Source: Antedon mediterranea
Taxonomy: Eukaryota > Animalia > Echinodermata
Assembly: GCF_964355755.1 (NCBI RefSeq)
Contig: NC_092673.1
Location: forward strand, 10,416,001 to 10,480,000
Direction: 5' to 3'
DNA: 64,000 nucleotides
Below the pieces are notes generated by a model. It was not told the origin of the DNA. It was given only the letters and a program-made list of their open reading frames with translations, and ran no database searches. Position numbers and translations under genes: made by a program. The number at the start of each line of letters is the position of its first letter. The first letter of the stretch is position 1. Shown one piece after another: positions 59,461 through 64,000 of this stretch.

Positions 59461-62400
59461 CTATCTCTCTCTCTCGCGCCGATCTATCTCTCTCTCCTGA
59501 TCTATCTCTCTCTCGCAGATCCATCTCTCTCTCGCTGATCTATCTCTCTCTCGCTGATCTATCTCCCTCGCTGTTCTATCTCTCTCTAGTTGATCTATCT
59601 CTCTCTCGCTGATCTATCTCTCTCTCTCTCTCTCGCTGATCTATCTCTCTCTCTCGCTGATCTATCTCTCTCTCGCTGATCTATCTCTCCCTCTCGCTGA
59701 TCTATCGCTGATCTATCTCTCTCTCGCTGATCTATCTCTCTCTCGCTGATCTATCTCTCTCTCGCTGATCTATCTCTATCGCTGATCTATCTCGCTCTCT
59801 CGCTGATCTATCACTCTCTCTCGCTGATCTATCTCTCTCTCTCTCGCTGATCTATCTCTCTCTCTCGCTGATCTATCTCTCTCTCGCTGATCTATCTCTC
59901 TCGCTGATCTATCTCTCTCTCGCTGATCTATCTCTCTCTCTCTCTCTCTCGCTGATCTATCTCTCTCTCGCTGATCTATCTCTCTCTCGCTGATCTATCT
60001 CTCACTCGCTGATCTATCTCTCACTCTCTGATCTATCTCTCTCTCGCTGATCTATCTCTCTCTCGCTGATCTATCTCTCTCGTTGATCTATCTCTCTCTC
60101 GCTGATCTATCTCTCTCTCGCTGATCTATCTTTCTCGCTGATCTATCTCTCTCTCGCTGATCTATCTCTCTCTCTCGCTGATCTATCTCACTCTCGCTGA
60201 TCTATCTCTCTCTCGCTGATCTATCTCTCTCTCGCTGATCTATCTCTCTCTCGCCGATCTATCTCTCTCTCGCTGATCTATCTCTCTCTCGCTGATCTAT
60301 ATCTCTCTCGCTGATCTATCTCTCTCTCGCTGATCTTTCTCTCTCTCTGGCTGATCTATCTCTCTCTCGCTGATCTATCTCTCTCGCTGATCTATCTCTC
60401 TCTCGCTGATCTATCTCTCTCTCTCGCTGATCTGTCTCTCTCGCTGATCTATCTTTCTCTCGCTGATCTATCTCTCTCTCTCGCGCTGATCTATCTCTCT
60501 CTCGCTGATCTATCCCTCTCTCGCAGATCCATCTCTCTCTCGCTGATCTATCTCTCTCTCGCTGATCTATCTCCCTCGCTGTTCTATCTCTCTAGTTGAT
60601 CTATCTCTCTCTCGCTGATCTATCACTCTCTCTCGCTGATCTATCTCTCTCTTTCTCGCTGATCTATCTCTCTCTCTCGCTGATCTATCTCTCTCTCGCT
60701 GATCTATCTCTCTCTCTCGCTGATCTATCTCTCTCGCTGATCTATCTCTCTCTCGCTGATCTATCTCTCTCTCGCCGATCTGTCTCTCTCTCGCTGATCT
60801 ATCTCTCTCTCGCTGATCTATCTCTCTCTCGCTGATCTATCTCTCTCTCGCTGATCTATCTCTCTCTCGCTTATCTATCTCTCTCTCGCTGATCTACCTC
60901 TCTCTCACTGATCTATCTCTCTCTCGCTGATCTATCTCTCTCTCGCTTATCTATCTCTCTCTCGCTGATCTACCTCTCTCTCGCTGATCTATCTCTCTCT
61001 CGCTGATCTATCTCTCTCTCGCTGATATATCTCTCTCTCGCTGATCTAACTCTCTCGCTGATCTATCTCTCTCTCTCGCTGATCTATCTCTCTCTCGCTG
61101 ATCTATCTCTCTCTCGCCGATCTATCTCTCTCTCGCTGATCTATCTCTCTCTCGCTGATCTATATCTCTCTCGCTGATCTATCTCTCTCTCGCTGATCTT
61201 TCTCTCTCTCTGGCTGATCTATCTCTCTCTCGCTGATCTATCTCTCCCGCTGATCTATCTCTCTCTCGCTGATCTATCTCTCTCTCTCGCTGATCTATCT
61301 CTCTCGCTGATCTATCTTTCTCTCGCTGATCTATCTCTCTCTCTCTCGCGCTGATCTATCTCTCTCTCGCTGATCTATCCCTCTCTCGCAGATCCATCTC
61401 TCTCTTGCTGATCTATCTCTCTCTCGCTGATCTATCTCCCTCGGTGTTCTATCTCTCTAGTTGATCTATCTCTCTCTCGCTGATCTATCTCTCTCTCGCT
61501 GATCTATCTCTCACTCGCTGATCTATCTCTCTCTCTCTCTCGCTGATCTATCTCTCTCTCGCTGATCTATCTCTCTCTCTTGCTGATCTATCATTTTCTC
61601 TCGCTGATCTATCTCTATCTCTCACTGATCTATCTCTCTCTCTCGCTGATCTATCTCTCTCTCTCTCGCTGATCTATCTCTAGCTCTCTCTCGCTGATCT
61701 ATCTCTCTCTGTCGCTGATCTATCTCTCTCTGTCGCTGATCTATCTCTCTCTGTCGCTGATCTATCTCTCTCTGTCGCTGATCTATCTCCCTCTGTCGCT
61801 GATCTATCTCTCTCTGTCGCTGATCTATCTCTCTCTGTCGCTGATCTATCTCTCTATCTCTCTCTCGCTGATCTATCTCTCTCACAGATCTATCTCTCTC
61901 TCTCTCGCTGATCTATCTCTCTCTCGCTGATCTATCTCTCTCTCGCTGATCTATCTCTCACTCACTGATCTATCTCTCTCTCGCTGATCTATCTCTCTCT
62001 CTCTCTCGCTGATCTATCTCTCTCTCGCTGATCTATCTCTCTCTCGCTGATCTATCTCTCACTCGCTGATCTATCTCTCTCTCGCTGATCTATCTCTCTC
62101 TCTCTCTCGCTGATCTATCTCTCTCTCGCTGATCTATCTCTCTCTCGCTGATCTATCTCTCTCTCGCAGATCTATCTCTCTCTCGCTGATCTATCTCTCT
62201 CTCGCTGATCTATCTCTCTCTCTCTCGCTGATTTATCTCTCTCTCGCTGATCTATCTCTCTCGCTGATCTATCTCTCTCTCTCTGATTTATCTCTCTCTC
62301 GCTTATCTATCTCTCTCTCGCTGATCTACTTCTCTCTCGCTGATCTATCTCTCTCTCTCGCTGATCTATCTCTCTCTCGCTGATCTATCTCTCTCTCGCT

Positions 62401-64000
62401 GATCTAACTCTCTCGCTGATCTATCTCTTTCTCGCTGATCTATCTCTTTCTCGCTGATCTATCTCTCTCTCGCTGATCTATCTCTCTCTCGCTGATCTAT
62501 CTCTCTCTCGCTGATCTATCTCTCACTCGCTGATCTATCTCTCACTCTCTGATCTATCTCTCTCTTGCTGATCTAACTCTCTCTCGCTGATCTATCTCTC
62601 TCGTTGATCTATCTCTCTCTCGCTGATCTATCTCTCTCTCGCTGATCTATCTTTCTCGCTGATCTATCTCTCTCTCGCTGATCTATCTCTCTCTCTCGCT
62701 GATCTATCTCACTCTCGCTGACCTATCTCTCTCTCGCTGATCTATCTCTCTCTCGCTGATCTATCTCTCTCTCGCCGATCTATCTCTCTCTCGCTGATCT
62801 ATCTCTCTCTCGCTGATCTATATCTCTCTCGCTGATCTATCTCTCTCTCGCTGATCTTTCTCTCTCTCTGGCTGATCTATCTCTCTCTCTCTCGCTGATC
62901 TATCTCTCACTCGCTGATCTATCTCTCTCTCGCTGATCTATCTCTCTCTCTCTCGCTGATCTATTTCTCTCTCGCTGATCTATCTCTCTCTCGCTGATCT
63001 ATCACTCTCTCGCTCATCTATCTCTCTCTCTCGCTGATCTATCTCTCTCGCTGATCTATCTCTCTCTCGCTGATCTATCTCTCTCTCGCTGATCTATCTC
63101 TCTCTCGCTGATCTATCTCTCTCTCGCTGATCTATCTCTCTCTCGCTGATCTATCTCTTTCTCGCTGATCTATCTCTCTCTCGCTGATCTATCTCTCTCT
63201 CGCTGATCTATCTCTCTCTCGCTGATCTATCACTCTCTCTTGCTGATCTATCTCTCTCTCTCTCACTGATCTATCTCTCTCTCTCGCTGATCTATCTCTC
63301 TCTCGCTGATCTATCTCTCTCGCTGATCTATCTCTCTCTCGCTGATCTATCTCTCTCACTCTCGCGCTGATCTATCTCTCTCTCGCTGATCTATCTCTCT
63401 CTCTCTCGCTGATCTATCTCTCTCGCTGATCTATCTCTCTCTCGCTGATCTATCTCTCTCTCGCTGATCTATCTCTCTCTCGCTGATCTATCTCTCTCTC
63501 GCTGATCTATCTCTCTCTCGCAGATCTATCTCTCTCTTGCTGATCTATCTCTCTCTGGCTGATCTATCTCTCTCTCTCTCGCTGATTTATCTCTCTCTCG
63601 CTGATCTATCTCTCTCGCTGATCTATCTCTCTCTCTCTGATTTATCTCTCTCTCGCTTATCTATCTCTCTCTCTCGCTGATCTACCTCTCTCTCGCTGAT
63701 CTATCTCTCTCTCTCGCTGATCTATCTCTCTCTCGCTGATCTATCTCTCTCTCGCTGATCTAACTCTCTCGCTGATCTATCTCTTTCTCGCTGATCTATC
63801 TCTTTCTCGCTGATCTATCTCTCTCTCGCTGATCTATCTCTCTCTCGCTGATCTATCTCTCTCTCGCTGATCTATCTCTCACTCGCTGATCTATCTCTCA
63901 CTCTCTGATCTATCTCTCTCTCGCTGATCTAACTCTCTCTCGCTGATCTATCTCTCTCGTTGATCTATCTCTCTCTCGCTGACCTATCTCTCTCTCGCTG

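Larger units (their letters stand above)
8670..64000 (+). repeat. Giant compound minisatellite array [CGCTGATCTAT(CT)n], modal unit 19 bp (17/19/21/23...), >55 kb, roughly 2,800 units estimated from length
   Basis: Read directly. A single orientation is kept throughout, no unique-sequence interruption was seen, and the array runs off the right edge. Confidence 0.99.

Noticed and set aside
18636-61885. ORFs in the array (18636, 36755, 50448, 60596, 61622) encoding REIDQRE / LSLADLS repeats
   Set aside because: They are chance translations of runs of repeat units, they use non-ATG starts, and the frame is broken by every 2-bp CT change. There is no gene context.
8670-64000. CRISPR-like repeat-spacer array
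   Set aside because: The intervening sequences are only (CT)n rather than unique spacers, there are no cas genes, and the context is eukaryotic.
8670-64000. Canonical telomere
   Set aside because: There is no TTAGGG/TTAGG-type unit or G-run, and the pyrimidine strand runs 5'->3' away from the unique DNA. Only the non-canonical hypothesis is retained as a finding.

Overview
This is AT-rich eukaryotic (probably invertebrate) heterochromatin-like DNA with no host protein-coding gene. About 86% of the window (8670-64000, running off the end) is one same-orientation array of a compound minisatellite, CGCTGATCTAT(CT)n, with a modal unit of 19 bp. The array carries ordered variant-unit cassettes and nested duplications of about 1.4 kb and about 13.7 kb. 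A short block of the same repeat lies in the opposite orientation at 459-763, so the two blocks bracket a 7.9-kb mosaic. That mosaic holds a 20-bp quasi-palindromic minisatellite, a 71-bp direct repeat, two divergent tRNA-derived Pol III units (one a tRNA-Ile-like cloverleaf with a GAC anticodon) and a ~186-bp dyad-rich satellite. Two elements have inserted into that satellite: a ~196-bp DINE-1/HINE-like (non-autonomous Helentron) element, and a 5'-truncated Tx1/L1-type LINE with a 14-bp TSD, poly(A) tail, an open C-terminal ORF2 fragment and a structured, internally duplicated 3' UTR. A different ~80-90-bp satellite occupies 1-458. All calls were made by eye without any database search, and boundaries inside repeats are approximate.
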